Shown here one piece after another: positions 8,567-17,924 of a stretch of 64,000 bases of DNA (position 1 is its first letter; the number at the start of each line of letters is the position of its first letter). The notes under the pieces were generated by a model. The model saw only the letters and a list, made by a program, of their open reading frames with translations, ran no database searches and had not been told where the DNA came from. The DNA lies in contig CAYSAM010000003.1 in the NCBI GenBank assembly GCA_964429015.1, forward strand, positions 6,378 to 70,377. The letters run 5' to 3'. This DNA comes from an uncultured Pseudomonadales bacterium. Its GTDB lineage: Bacteria > Patescibacteriota > Microgenomatia > UBA1400 > MFAQ01. Made by a program: the position numbers and the translations under genes.

Positions 8567-9229
8567 ATGCACAAGAATCTCTATGACTATCTCAGAAATG
8601 CTGTCTTGTCAAAGGAGTTTTTATATCTCCTGGATGAATGTGGTGGTAAGTATCAAAATGGTTTTTTAACTTGGATCAAATTCCTTTTTGATGATGACGA
8701 ACTGGATGTTGACAAAGAAAGTATCGTCTATGCCATCGATATTAATCTGGAAAAAATTTACCTTCTCAACCACGAAAATCAGGTGCCTGGTCAAGGTAAG
8801 CTGGTAACAAGTCTAGAGTTGGCTGACGAGCTTTATAAAAGCATCTCATCTCGAATCTCAATAGTTAACGCTCTAAAGGGCAAAACCCTACCTTCGGTTA
8901 ATCTTTTTCAGTTTGTTCTTTTCTGCTTCGAAAATTTTGGACCGAGAAGTCTATTGGAAAAAGCTGGAGCCATTTTTGATGGTGACTGGTTCATTTGGCA
9001 AGATGAAAATGAAGAGCTTTTTTACGCCGTCAATCCCATCGTTAGTTCTGTCATGGCGCTTGTCAGTAAGGACGATAATCCAGCGATGGGGCGTGAGGTG
9101 CTAGATGAATTAGAAATCTCAAATATTCTAGTGGACATTTTTGAAAAGCTGGAAGAAGTCCGTTATATTAAAATTTTTAATTTTTCACCCAGTCACTATC
9201 TCCCGGGTCAACTGTTTACTATAAACTAA
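8567..9229 (+). CDS. hypothetical protein (island ORF G; weak SUKH/SMI1-KNR4-like resemblance)
   Basis: SD AAAGGAGA. The segment ...AGAIFDGDWFIWQDENEELFYAV... resembles SMI1/KNR4 immunity-type folds, but this is a low-confidence call. Confidence 0.55.
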   Translation: MHKNLYDYLRNAVLSKEFLYLLDECGGKYQNGFLTWIKFLFDDDELDVDKESIVYAIDINLEKIYLLNHENQVPGQGKLVTSLELADELYKSISSRISIVNALKGKTLPSVNLFQFVLFCFENFGPRSLLEKAGAIFDGDWFIWQDENEELFYAVNPIVSSVMALVSKDDNPAMGREVLDELEISNILVDIFEKLEEVRYIKIFNFSPSHYLPGQLFTIN

Positions 9230-9238
9230 AGAGTCATC

Positions 9239-9622
9239 ATGGATGAAAACGACGAAAAGAATCCACTAGAGGACCTAATACACATTATTCAAATTTTAAT
9301 GGAAGAGCCAGACAAGCTAGAAAAACTCAAAAAAATGGGGGCCAAAATCACCAGAGATTTTTTTGTGTTTACCTGTTTAGGCGGGTGTGGTTTGGTTTAT
9401 GCCATAAACGGAATTTCTGGTGAAGTTTATGACCTCAATGATCTAGAAAGCACACCAGAAACCGGAAGAGTAATAACAGACTCAGAGGAGATTGCATGCA
9501 TTATCGAAAGCCTTCTTGAGTTTGTTGAAGATACCCCAGATTTGTATGTGGTTGAAGAGTTTTTTATGGAACGCCTAAACCCCAAAAAATACATCCCTGG
9601 AAGTTGCTTTTCACCTTGCTAG
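9239..9622 (+). CDS. hypothetical acidic protein (island ORF H, 127 aa)
   Basis: Closely follows ORF G; SD AAGAG. Confidence 0.5.
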   Translation: MDENDEKNPLEDLIHIIQILMEEPDKLEKLKKMGAKITRDFFVFTCLGGCGLVYAINGISGEVYDLNDLESTPETGRVITDSEEIACIIESLLEFVEDTPDLYVVEEFFMERLNPKKYIPGSCFSPC

Positions 9623-9635
9623 CTTTTGATCACAG

Positions 9636-9659
9636 ACCCGCTTCTTAGCGGGTTTTTTA
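9636..9659 (+). terminator. rho-independent terminator
   Basis: ACCCGCT-TCTT-AGCGGGT followed by TTTTT. Confidence 0.8.
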
Positions 9660-9703
9660 ACGGACTCTTTCAAAAATCTCAAAAACTGTTAATATAAAAA
9701 TAT

Positions 9704-10720
9704 ATGGCAAGTGAAAATGAAGAATATTCCACACGACGAACAGTAGCCCCTCATGCCCCATCAAGGCAACCAAGGCGTGATTTTAAGAGTAGTTATCAAG
9801 ATGACGTTTACAATCCCTATTCTAATGTAAACTTAGGTGAGATTTCAGAAGTAAACCGAAAACCCAAAAAAGGCAGAATCAGAAGAAATGAACTAACCCC
9901 AACTGAAATTAATAATCTTTCAGAAGCAGACAAAAAAGCTAGAGAAAAATACCTAGCTGGCAATCTTGAGGAAATAAAACAATTATCATATGTTGAAACT
10001 AAGGGGAATTTTGGTAAGGTTGGTGAGGCACACACTGATGGTAAGCCTCCAGTTACTGAAGAGCGGGACGAAAAAATTACTGGTTTTAGCGTTGTTCAAT
10101 TAGAAAAAGAAGGAGATGTTTTAAGAGGTGATGAACAACGCATAGAAGGTATTGATAGTGGAAAATTGGGAACTGGAAAAAATCCAGATCAAGCAGATAT
10201 TGTCTACACCGAAAACGATCATCTTTTACCCATTAGTGACCGCGTGCAAAGTTTTGGTGATAGTCCGTTGCCTTTAGAAGATCAACATGCCGATAACGAT
10301 TATGAATTTGCAAAAAACGAAGACAGATTGATTGAGCCTGTTGATGCTACTCGAATAGAAGGTGATATTAACGTTGACTTTAACTTGGAATCAGTTTCAG
10401 ATAAAGTGGTACGTGAATTCTTAATTAAAAAAGGGTTAAGCTTTGTTGAAAATGTTTGGGAAAATTGCCGCTTTATTAATATATATTCAAAAAAAGATAG
10501 TTTTGATTTATACATAAATTTAAATGCTTATGGCAAAGGTTTTGTAGCTATGAAATTGGTTGACTTCTTTAATATGTGCAATTTGCCAGATTTTAATAAT
10601 GGTAATTCTCATTTGAAATCACCTGCGACCTTTGATAAAAAAGAAATATTGTCTACAATTAACAGAATTAAAGTTAACAATCGAGCAAATGGTGCCATAA
10701 AAAAATCAAGGCGCCATTGA
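9704..10720 (+). CDS. hypothetical protein with disordered, charged N-terminal half and C-terminal globular domain (island ORF I)
   Basis: 338-aa ORF; no recognisable domain. Confidence 0.5.
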   Translation: MASENEEYSTRRTVAPHAPSRQPRRDFKSSYQDDVYNPYSNVNLGEISEVNRKPKKGRIRRNELTPTEINNLSEADKKAREKYLAGNLEEIKQLSYVETKGNFGKVGEAHTDGKPPVTEERDEKITGFSVVQLEKEGDVLRGDEQRIEGIDSGKLGTGKNPDQADIVYTENDHLLPISDRVQSFGDSPLPLEDQHADNDYEFAKNEDRLIEPVDATRIEGDINVDFNLESVSDKVVREFLIKKGLSFVENVWENCRFINIYSKKDSFDLYINLNAYGKGFVAMKLVDFFNMCNLPDFNNGNSHLKSPATFDKKEILSTINRIKVNNRANGAIKKSRRH

Positions 10721-10767
10721 CAAGATAAAAGTTAATTAGACGATCGTATATGGTTGTTGTATAAGCG

Positions 10768-10796
10768 TTACACTTTTTATCTCCTTGATATAGAAT
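10768..10796 (+). promoter_or_regulatory. putative secY promoter TTACAC-17-TAGAAT; secY is probably leaderless or short-leadered
   Basis: The -10 ends 12 nt before the secY ATG, and there is no SD. Confidence 0.4.
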
Positions 10797-10808
10797 AGTA
10801 CTCACTCT

Positions 10809-12092
10809 ATGGAAAATATTTTTGCTCCACTGCGAGCCTTGTTTAAAATCAAAGATCTTCGTTCTCGTCTTATCTTTACTGCCGTCATCATTGCCATCTT
10901 TCGCTTTGTGGCTCATATTCCTACCCCAGGTATTAATGTCGCTGCACTACAACAACTTTTTGGTGGCAATGCCTTTCTCTCGCTACTAGACGTTTTTTCA
11001 GGTGGTACTCTTACCAATTTTTCCGTCATGGCTCTAGGGCTAAACCCCTACATCAACGCTTCTATAATTATTCAAATGCTTGGCATGGTCGTTCCCAAAC
11101 TCGAAGAACTTCAAAAAGAGGGGGACTATGGTCGCCAAAAATTAAACCAATACACCAGGCTACTTACCTTACCACTAAGCTTTTTGCAAGGTATTGCTCT
11201 CATAATGCTTTTAGCTAAGCAAGGTCTAACCACTACCGCCGACCCTCTCAAACTCGCCGCTATTATTTTTACTCTCTCCGCCGGCACCTCTTTTCTTATT
11301 TGGCTTGGTGAACAATTAAATGACTACGGTTTGGGAAATGGTATTAGTATGATTATTTTTGTTGGTATTGTTAGTCGTTTGCCAGTTAGTGCTGCTCAAG
11401 TTTTTTCCACTATCGACCCTTCCCAATACTTTACCTACCTAATTTTTCTTTTCTTTGCTGTCGTTGCCATTTATGCCATCATTCGTACAGGTGAGGCTGT
11501 CCGCGAGGTGCCAATTCAGTCCGCGCGCCGAGGTGCCAATACTTTTACCACCTCAGTTTCCAACCACCTACCTCTCAAATTAAATCAGGCAGGTGTCATC
11601 CCAATCATCTTTGCTGTTTCGTTTATGTTAATTCCCAATCTCTTAAGTCGTGTTTTAGCGGGTGTCAATCAGCCAAGTTTAGCCAGTTTTGCAAGTAATC
11701 TTAGTATCGCCCTAGCTCCAAATACTTTTTTGTATAACAGTATTTACTTTTGTTTAGTTGTTGCTTTCTGTTACTTTTATACTGCCGTTGTTTTTAATCC
11801 CGAAAAAATTGCCAAAGATCTTCGCACTTCAGGTTCTTTTGTTCCGGGCATAAGACCAGGTCAAAATACTGTTGAATATCTAAACTTTGTTCTCAATCGT
11901 ATTACCTTGGTTGGTGCCAGCTTCTTAGGATTAGTTGCCATTTTCCCCTCTATTATTTCTGGAATTACAGGTATAAGTTCTATCGCCATTGGAGGTACCG
12001 GCATTCTTATCGTTGTTTCCGTGGTTCTCGAAATTCTCAAAGCCGTCAACTCCCAGCTCTACATGTACAACTACGACAAATTTTTAGATTAA
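10809..12092 (+). CDS. secY: preprotein translocase subunit SecY
   Basis: 427 aa, 10 TM, ...[27 protein letters not shown]... Confidence 0.95.
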   Translation: MENIFAPLRALFKIKDLRSRLIFTAVIIAIFRFVAHIPTPGINVAALQQLFGGNAFLSLLDVFSGGTLTNFSVMALGLNPYINASIIIQMLGMVVPKLEELQKEGDYGRQKLNQYTRLLTLPLSFLQGIALIMLLAKQGLTTTADPLKLAAIIFTLSAGTSFLIWLGEQLNDYGLGNGISMIIFVGIVSRLPVSAAQVFSTIDPSQYFTYLIFLFFAVVAIYAIIRTGEAVREVPIQSARRGANTFTTSVSNHLPLKLNQAGVIPIIFAVSFMLIPNLLSRVLAGVNQPSLASFASNLSIALAPNTFLYNSIYFCLVVAFCYFYTAVVFNPEKIAKDLRTSGSFVPGIRPGQNTVEYLNFVLNRITLVGASFLGLVAIFPSIISGITGISSIAIGGTGILIVVSVVLEILKAVNSQLYMYNYDKFLD

Positions 12093-12157
12093 AATCATTG
12101 TCATTGCGAGGCACGTCTTTATGACAGCCGCAAAAATCTATATAAATTGAATACAAA

Positions 12158-12541
12158 ATGAAAACCATTTTAGTCGACGCTGCTGGAACACTTGTCGTCG
12201 ATGGTCAGGGAATATATCAGCCTCTTTATGACCTACTGGAAGAGTACCTAAACAAAAAGATTATTTTGTCCAATGCCAACGACGAACAATTGGTTGACTA
12301 TGGCATCGTTAACATGCCATATGAAGTCTTTACCTTAAAACACAATCCCAACAAAGACAATCCTGAGTATTTTAAAACAATGTTGAACCATTTTGGCTTA
12401 TCCGTTTCGGATGTCATTTATTTTGAGCATAGCCCCGAGGCTGTCGAAAGTGCCACTTCTCTAGGTATACTTTCTCATCACTACGACTCGGATAAAAAAG
12501 ATATTGAAAGTCTAAAAGTATTTCTAGATAAAAACCTTTAG
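12158..12541 (+). CDS. small HAD-superfamily-like hydrolase (degenerate motif I)
   Basis: MKTILVDAAGTLVVDG...; 127 aa. Confidence 0.4.
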   Translation: MKTILVDAAGTLVVDGQGIYQPLYDLLEEYLNKKIILSNANDEQLVDYGIVNMPYEVFTLKHNPNKDNPEYFKTMLNHFGLSVSDVIYFEHSPEAVESATSLGILSHHYDSDKKDIESLKVFLDKNL

Positions 12542-12544
12542 TTT

Positions 12545-12964
12545 TTAATCCCTCTCGGCTTCGCCGCTTCTCCCTTTGACAAGGGAGAGCAAAACACTTT
12601 TAACTTTTCCAAAATCTTTCAATACAGTCTCGTTTGTAAATCTGATAGTTTCAATTCCAATTTGTTTCAAAAATTCATCACGCTCCTTGTCGTAACCTAC
12701 TCTATCTTTGTGATACTCTCCATCAATTTCAATAGCCAAGTTTAATTCAGAACAATAAAAATCCAAAATAAATCTTCCAATCGGTTTCTGTCTGGTAAAT
12801 TTATATCCTGTCTGTTTTTTAGATAGTATCTTCTCCCAAACTAACACTTCTGCTTTTGTTGGTTTCTTTCTGTTAATTCTTGCTGCCCAGGTTAACTTTG
12901 GTAAATACTTTATTTGCCCATGTGTTTTGCTAATAACTTCAAAATCAATAGCTTTTTTCGTCAC
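12545..12964 (-). CDS. DUF559 / endonuclease-like (Vsr-fold) domain protein
   Basis: ...KKPTKAEVLVWEKILSKKQTGYKFTRQKPIGRFILDFYCSELNLAIEIDGEYH... Confidence 0.75.
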   Translation of the reverse strand: MTKKAIDFEVISKTHGQIKYLPKLTWAARINRKKPTKAEVLVWEKILSKKQTGYKFTRQKPIGRFILDFYCSELNLAIEIDGEYHKDRVGYDKERDEFLKQIGIETIRFTNETVLKDFGKVKSVLLSLVKGRSGEAERD

Positions 12965-12973
12965 AAATAATTG

Positions 12974-13122
12974 TAACGCCCTGCCCTGTCAAGGGAAGGG
13001 TTGGGGAAGGGTTTAAAAAGTGAGGGGGATTAAAAACATTAAGGCTTTATTCTGGATTCCGGATCAAGTCCGGAATGACAACTAACGCCCTGCCCTGTCA
13101 AGGGAAGGGTTGGGGAAGGGTT
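12974..13122. repeat. 40-bp perfect direct repeat (x2) flanking a family-1 GTCAT hairpin
   Basis: TAACGCCCTGCCCTGTCAAGGGAAGGGTTGGGGAAGGGTT occurs at 12974-13013 and 13083-13122. A related CCCTTTGACAAGGGAGAG lies at 12567-12590. Confidence 0.85.
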
Positions 13123-13140
13123 TTGGTATAAAATAAATCC

Positions 13141-13704
13141 ATGAACCTAATCATTCTCGGTGCCCCCGGTTCCGGAAAAGGCACCCAAGCCGAAAAAATC
13201 GCCAAAGAATTTAATCTTGCCCACATTTCAGGCGGAGAGTCACTGCGCAAAGAAATAGCCAGTGGGTCAAGAAAAGGCGAACTAATTGCCCACATTATGG
13301 AAAAGGGGGACTTAGTCCCGTTTGAAACAATCTCTTCCGTTATTGAACCAGAAATTCTAGAGAATAAAGACAATTTTATTTTGGATGGTAGTCCCAGAGA
13401 TCTGGTCCAGGCCGAATATCTAAATGCTTTTTTTGCCGAAAACAAAATCAACATCGACTTTGTAATATACCTCCATGTTCCAGACGAAAAACTCATCGAT
13501 AGACTTTTGCTTCGTGCCAAAACCGAAAACCGTGTCGATGATAATTTAGAATCTATTCAAGAGAGATTCAAAGTATTCCACCAAAATACCGAACCTGTCA
13601 TCGCCTTTTACCAAAAAAATTCTCACTTTCTCAAAATAGATGGTGATCGCAGTATCGAAGACATAGCCAAAGAACTCAGTAATATAATAGGACAAAGTAC
13701 ATGA
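13141..13704 (+). CDS. adk: adenylate kinase (short form, no zinc lid)
   Basis: MNLIILGAPGSGKGTQAEKIAKEF... Confidence 0.93.
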   Translation: MNLIILGAPGSGKGTQAEKIAKEFNLAHISGGESLRKEIASGSRKGELIAHIMEKGDLVPFETISSVIEPEILENKDNFILDGSPRDLVQAEYLNAFFAENKINIDFVIYLHVPDEKLIDRLLLRAKTENRVDDNLESIQERFKVFHQNTEPVIAFYQKNSHFLKIDGDRSIEDIAKELSNIIGQST

Positions 13705-14438
13705 GTTCAAAAACCCAAATCATGATCGAAGGCGGCAAACGCCTAGGTCACATCAAATTCCAATTAGCCGAAGCGGTCAAAGCAGGAGTCACCCCACTAG
13801 AGGTCGATGCTCTTGCCGATAAGCTCATCAAGGCAGGAGGAGATAAAGCTAACTTCAAAATGGTCGATGGCTATCGCTTTGCTACTTGTATTAATGTCAA
13901 CGCTGGAATTGTTCATGGTATTCCTACCAACAAACCCTTTCAAGAGGGTGATGTTGTTAAGGTCGATGTTGGTTTATTCCACAACGGTTTCCACTTAGAT
14001 ACTTCCAATACTATCTACATTCCACCCCAAAACGCCAAAGTAAATAATTTTTTAGAAGTCAGTCGTAAGGCCTTAGAGCTGGCCATTTTTACCGCTACCG
14101 CTGGCAACAGTGTTTACGATCTCGGTGTGGCCATGCAAACTACTGTAGAGGCTGGTGGTTATAGCGTCATTCGAGATCTTACTGGCCATGGCATCGGTCG
14201 TCAGCTCCACATGAATCCTTTTATTCCCTGTTATGCCGAACCAAAAACCAAGCGAGATATTTTAAGTATCGATCAGACTATTGCTGTAGAGATTATGTCA
14301 GCTATGGGAGACTACCACCTAGTAGAAGAGTCCGATGGTTGGACTCTATCCACCCAAGATGGCTCCATTACTGCTATGTACGAGGAAACCATCTGTATTA
14401 CTGACGGCCAGCCCCTCATTCTCACCGCCATAAACTAG
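13701..14438 (+). CDS. map: methionine aminopeptidase type I
   Basis: ...GHGIGRQLHMNPFIP...; ATGA overlap with adk. Confidence 0.92.
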   Translation: MSSKTQIMIEGGKRLGHIKFQLAEAVKAGVTPLEVDALADKLIKAGGDKANFKMVDGYRFATCINVNAGIVHGIPTNKPFQEGDVVKVDVGLFHNGFHLDTSNTIYIPPQNAKVNNFLEVSRKALELAIFTATAGNSVYDLGVAMQTTVEAGGYSVIRDLTGHGIGRQLHMNPFIPCYAEPKTKRDILSIDQTIAVEIMSAMGDYHLVEESDGWTLSTQDGSITAMYEETICITDGQPLILTAIN

Positions 14439-14512
14439 CTCTTTCTTGGTAGTTTGGTGGTCTATAATACCCACATCACCGCAGTTTAAATTTGTATAAA
14501 TTAGGAGTCAAT

Positions 14513-14953
14513 ATGAAAACCTTGTTGTTAGTCCATGATCAAGATTTCCTTTCCACTGCCAGCGCGCTCTGTTACATGCTCACAGCTTCTGGCTTTAGGG
14601 TTGTTTTAAGCTCAGATCTTTTTGCTGGAAGCCTCAAATCAGAAGCCTACAACGATCTCGACAAGATTTTTACCAATACCGCGGCGTTTTTAGTTTTACC
14701 CAGCCCAAATCTCTTTAAAAATGATTTTCTCCTCGGAATTGTTCACGATGCGGTTGGCGAACGCAAGGCTATTCTCCTTTCCTTATCATCTGTCACAAAT
14801 CTGCCTCCGTGGTATACAAATCCCATTGTTATCGACAATCCAGGAGATACCTCACAAGGGCTAAATCAGCTGATAACAAGGTTAAATTTGTTTGTTATGA
14901 ATCAGCCGCCTATTATTACTCCAGACATCATAAGTCTAAGAAGAATCAACTAA
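14513..14953 (+). CDS. hypothetical protein, possibly TIR-like/flavodoxin-like fold
   Basis: SD AGGAG followed by ATG at 14513; alternating beta-alpha pattern (KTLLLVHDQDF...RVVLSSD...AAFLVLPSP...). Confidence 0.45.
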   Translation: MKTLLLVHDQDFLSTASALCYMLTASGFRVVLSSDLFAGSLKSEAYNDLDKIFTNTAAFLVLPSPNLFKNDFLLGIVHDAVGERKAILLSLSSVTNLPPWYTNPIVIDNPGDTSQGLNQLITRLNLFVMNQPPIITPDIISLRRIN

Positions 14954-14964
14954 ACCGTTCAGTT

Positions 14965-14987
14965 GCCCTCCCTTGAGGGCTTTTTTG
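14965..14987 (+). terminator. rho-independent terminator
   Basis: GCCCTC-CCTT-GAGGGC followed by TTTTTT. Confidence 0.85.
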
Positions 14988-15078
14988 TATTCATTTTACC
15001 AGTGATATATGTGTCCCAAACTAGCCACTAGCCAAACCTAGGATTGTTTGCTACAATAGCCGTTGCACACAAAATATT

Positions 15079-15297
15079 ATGGCTAAAAACCAAATGACTG
15101 AGTTAAACGGAGTCGTTTCCGAGTGTCTGCCCAACACCCAATTTAGGGTAACACTAGAAGACGGCAGGGAAATCTTAGCTCATCTTGCCGGACGTATGAG
15201 GCTTCACCGCATTCGCGTCATGCCTGGGGACAAAGTTAAGCTCGAAATGAGCCAATACGACCTCGACAAAGGTAGGATAATCTACAGATCAAACTAA
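15079..15297 (+). CDS. infA: translation initiation factor IF-1
   Basis: 72 aa ...[30 protein letters not shown]... Confidence 0.95.
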   Translation: MAKNQMTELNGVVSECLPNTQFRVTLEDGREILAHLAGRMRLHRIRVMPGDKVKLEMSQYDLDKGRIIYRSN

Positions 15298-15344
15298 TTT
15301 CGTTTATCTCTTAAAAAAATTATTTATCACTAAACAAAAATCTA

Positions 15345-15458
15345 ATGCGAGTTCAATCGTCTGTCAGACCTCGATGTAAAAATTGTAAAATTATTAAACG
15401 CCATGGTAAGGTGTTGGTTATTTGCACCAACGCACGTCATAAGCAACGCCAAGGCTAA
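15345..15458 (+). CDS. rpmJ: 50S ribosomal protein L36 (37 aa; too short for the ORF track)
   Basis: [37 protein letters not shown]. Confidence 0.9.
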   Translation: MRVQSSVRPRCKNCKIIKRHGKVLVICTNARHKQRQG

Positions 15459-15497
15459 AGTTAAATTTAAAATTTAAACTCAAAAAAATAAACAAAT

Positions 15498-15899
15498 ATG
15501 CCTAGAATTTCCGGAATCGATATCCCAAATGAAAAAAGAATAGACGTTGCTCTTACCTATATCTATGGTATCGGTGAAAAAGTTGCTCACGACATTCTCA
15601 AAACAGCCAAAGTTGATCCTAGTATCCGTACCAAAAATCTAACTGCCGACGAGCTCAGACTTATCCAAACCACCATCGAAACTCTCCCCACCGAAGGTGA
15701 GCTCAGAAAAATCGTTCGCGACAACATCGAAACTCTTAAGCGTATTCAGGCCTACCGCGGTACCAGACACTCCATGGGTCTACCTGTAAGAGGTCAAAGA
15801 ACCAAAACCAATGCTCGCACTCGCAAGGGTAAGAGAAAAACCATTGGTGCCGTTAGTAAAGAAGCCGAAGCCGCCAAGGCAGCAGCTACCAAGAAGTAA
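15498..15899 (+). CDS. rpsM: 30S ribosomal protein S13
   Basis: MPRISGIDIPNEKRIDVALTYIYGIG... Confidence 0.95.
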   Translation: MPRISGIDIPNEKRIDVALTYIYGIGEKVAHDILKTAKVDPSIRTKNLTADELRLIQTTIETLPTEGELRKIVRDNIETLKRIQAYRGTRHSMGLPVRGQRTKTNARTRKGKRKTIGAVSKEAEAAKAAATKK

Positions 15900-15915
15900 T
15901 TAATTTATTCACAAA

Positions 15916-16329
15916 ATGGCAGATAACAAAACCAAATCAAAGACTCAAGTCAAAGTTAAAAAAGCTTCTGGTGTTAGCTTCAAAAGCGGCCAAGGCAAAA
16001 TGTATGTCAAAGCTACATTTAATACTACTTATGTCACCTTTACCGACGCTTCTGGCAACACTCTATGTTGGAGTGCCGCGGGCACTTGCGGATTCAAAGG
16101 CGCCAAACGTTCCACTCCTTTTGCTGCAACTACTATTATCGAAGAAGGTCTCCGTAAAGCAAAATCTATGGGACTTATGTCTGCAGATGTCTACCTCAAA
16201 GGTCCTGGCCCAGGCAAAGATGCTGCTCTTCGTGTGTTAAAAACCTCTGGAATCGAAATTAATACCTTGGCTGACACTACTCCAATCCCTCACAATGGCT
16301 GCCGACCAAGAAAACACCGACGTGTTTAA
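15916..16329 (+). CDS. rpsK: 30S ribosomal protein S11
   Basis: 137 aa ...KGPGPGKDAALRVL... Confidence 0.94.
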   Translation: MADNKTKSKTQVKVKKASGVSFKSGQGKMYVKATFNTTYVTFTDASGNTLCWSAAGTCGFKGAKRSTPFAATTIIEEGLRKAKSMGLMSADVYLKGPGPGKDAALRVLKTSGIEINTLADTTPIPHNGCRPRKHRRV

Positions 16330-16363
16330 ACTAACAACCTATAACTAAAAACCAAGAATAAAT

Positions 16364-16987
16364 ATGGCAAAATATACCGACCCCAAATGCAGACTATGTA
16401 GAAGAGAAGGCACTAAGCTTTATCTCAAAGGTGCTCGCTGTCTTTCCCCCAAATGTCCCATCGACAAAAAAGGCGCTCAAGTTCCAGGTCAACACGGCAA
16501 AAAAAGAGCTCGTGGTCGATTATCTGGATTTGGTTTACAGCTAAGAGAAAAGCAAAAAGCCAAGAGAACTTACTCTGTTTTGGAATCACAGTTCCATGGT
16601 TACTACGATCAAGCTATCAAGTCCCAAGGAAACACTTCTGAAGTTCTCATGCAACTTTTAGAATCTCGCTTAGACAACATTTGTTACCGTCTTGGTTTTG
16701 TCACTTCCCGTTCTTTGGCTCGCCAACTTGTTACTCATGGCAATATTTTAGTTAACGGTAAAAAAGTCGATGTTCCTTCTTTCCAAACCAAACCAGGTAT
16801 GACTATTTCTCTTCCCGAAAAAGCCGCCAAGTTCGATTTTGTCGCACCAAATCTAAACGACAAAAACGTTCCTGCCAAATGGCTCTCTCGTAAAGGCACC
16901 GAAGGCAAAATCGACCGTATGCCTACCTCAGACGAAATTGGCTCCGAAATCAAAGCCAACCTCATTATTGAGTACTACTCTAGATAA
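16364..16987 (+). CDS. rpsD: 30S ribosomal protein S4
   Basis: MAKYTDPKCRLCRREGTKLYLKGARC... Confidence 0.94.
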   Translation: MAKYTDPKCRLCRREGTKLYLKGARCLSPKCPIDKKGAQVPGQHGKKRARGRLSGFGLQLREKQKAKRTYSVLESQFHGYYDQAIKSQGNTSEVLMQLLESRLDNICYRLGFVTSRSLARQLVTHGNILVNGKKVDVPSFQTKPGMTISLPEKAAKFDFVAPNLNDKNVPAKWLSRKGTEGKIDRMPTSDEIGSEIKANLIIEYYSR

Positions 16988-17018
16988 TAATTTAATAATT
17001 AACTAACAACAAAACAAC

Positions 17019-17921
17019 ATGTTAGAACCAAACTTCAAGATAAATATCAAAGATAAAGGAGACAACTCCGCCGAGGTAATTATCGAGCCACTTCCACAGA
17101 ACTTTGGACACACTGTCGGCAATGCTTTAAGACGCGTTTTATTAACTTCTCTTATTGGCGGTGCTGCTATTAGAGTCAAAATCGATGGTGTTACCCATCA
17201 ATTTTCTACCTTAGATGGTATCAAAGAAGACATTCTCGAATTTATTTTAAATCTAAAAACCCTCAACTTTTCTGTCGACTCAGATGAGCCAGTAGAGGTC
17301 AAGCTAAAAGTGTCTGGTGAAAAAACCATTACCGCAGCAGATCTCGATTTACCAGCCAACGTTGAAGTTGCCAATCCCGAAACTGTTCTACTTCACTCCA
17401 CCGCTTCCAAGAGCAAATTCAATGCTACTATCACCGTCGCTTCTGGTATGGGCTATGTTGCTGCTGAAGAACACGCTACCAACGAAGTTGGTGTCATTCC
17501 TCTAGACGCTTCTTTTTCTCCAGTAATCAAAGCCAACTATACCGTCGAAGCTGCTCGTGTAGGTCGATCCAGTAACTACGACAAAGTTCGCTTGGCTCTA
17601 ACTACCGATGGCACCACCACCCCAGAGGCCGCAGTTCGTGAGTCTGCTCGCATTCTTACCAACTTCTTTGGCTTCGTAAACTCCGAAGAGGCCTACACTC
17701 AAGATGAAAAAGTCAAAACCAGCAAAGAAACCTCAGGTTTTGTGGACGATCTCGATCTTCCAACCAGAGTCCTAAATGCTCTTCGCAAATCCGGTATCAA
17801 CAAATTATCAGACCTAAAAGCTCTTTCTCTAGCTGACCTTAAAAAAGTCAAAAACCTTGGCGAAAAATCTGCCCTCCAAGTCGTCGACAAAGCCAAAGAG
17901 AAGGGTGTAATTATTGAATAA
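17019..17921 (+). CDS. rpoA: DNA-directed RNA polymerase subunit alpha (short, 300 aa)
   Basis: ...IEPLPQNFGHTVGNALRRVLLTSL... Confidence 0.93.
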   Translation: MLEPNFKINIKDKGDNSAEVIIEPLPQNFGHTVGNALRRVLLTSLIGGAAIRVKIDGVTHQFSTLDGIKEDILEFILNLKTLNFSVDSDEPVEVKLKVSGEKTITAADLDLPANVEVANPETVLLHSTASKSKFNATITVASGMGYVAAEEHATNEVGVIPLDASFSPVIKANYTVEAARVGRSSNYDKVRLALTTDGTTTPEAAVRESARILTNFFGFVNSEEAYTQDEKVKTSKETSGFVDDLDLPTRVLNALRKSGINKLSDLKALSLADLKKVKNLGEKSALQVVDKAKEKGVIIE

Positions 17922-17924
17922 AAT

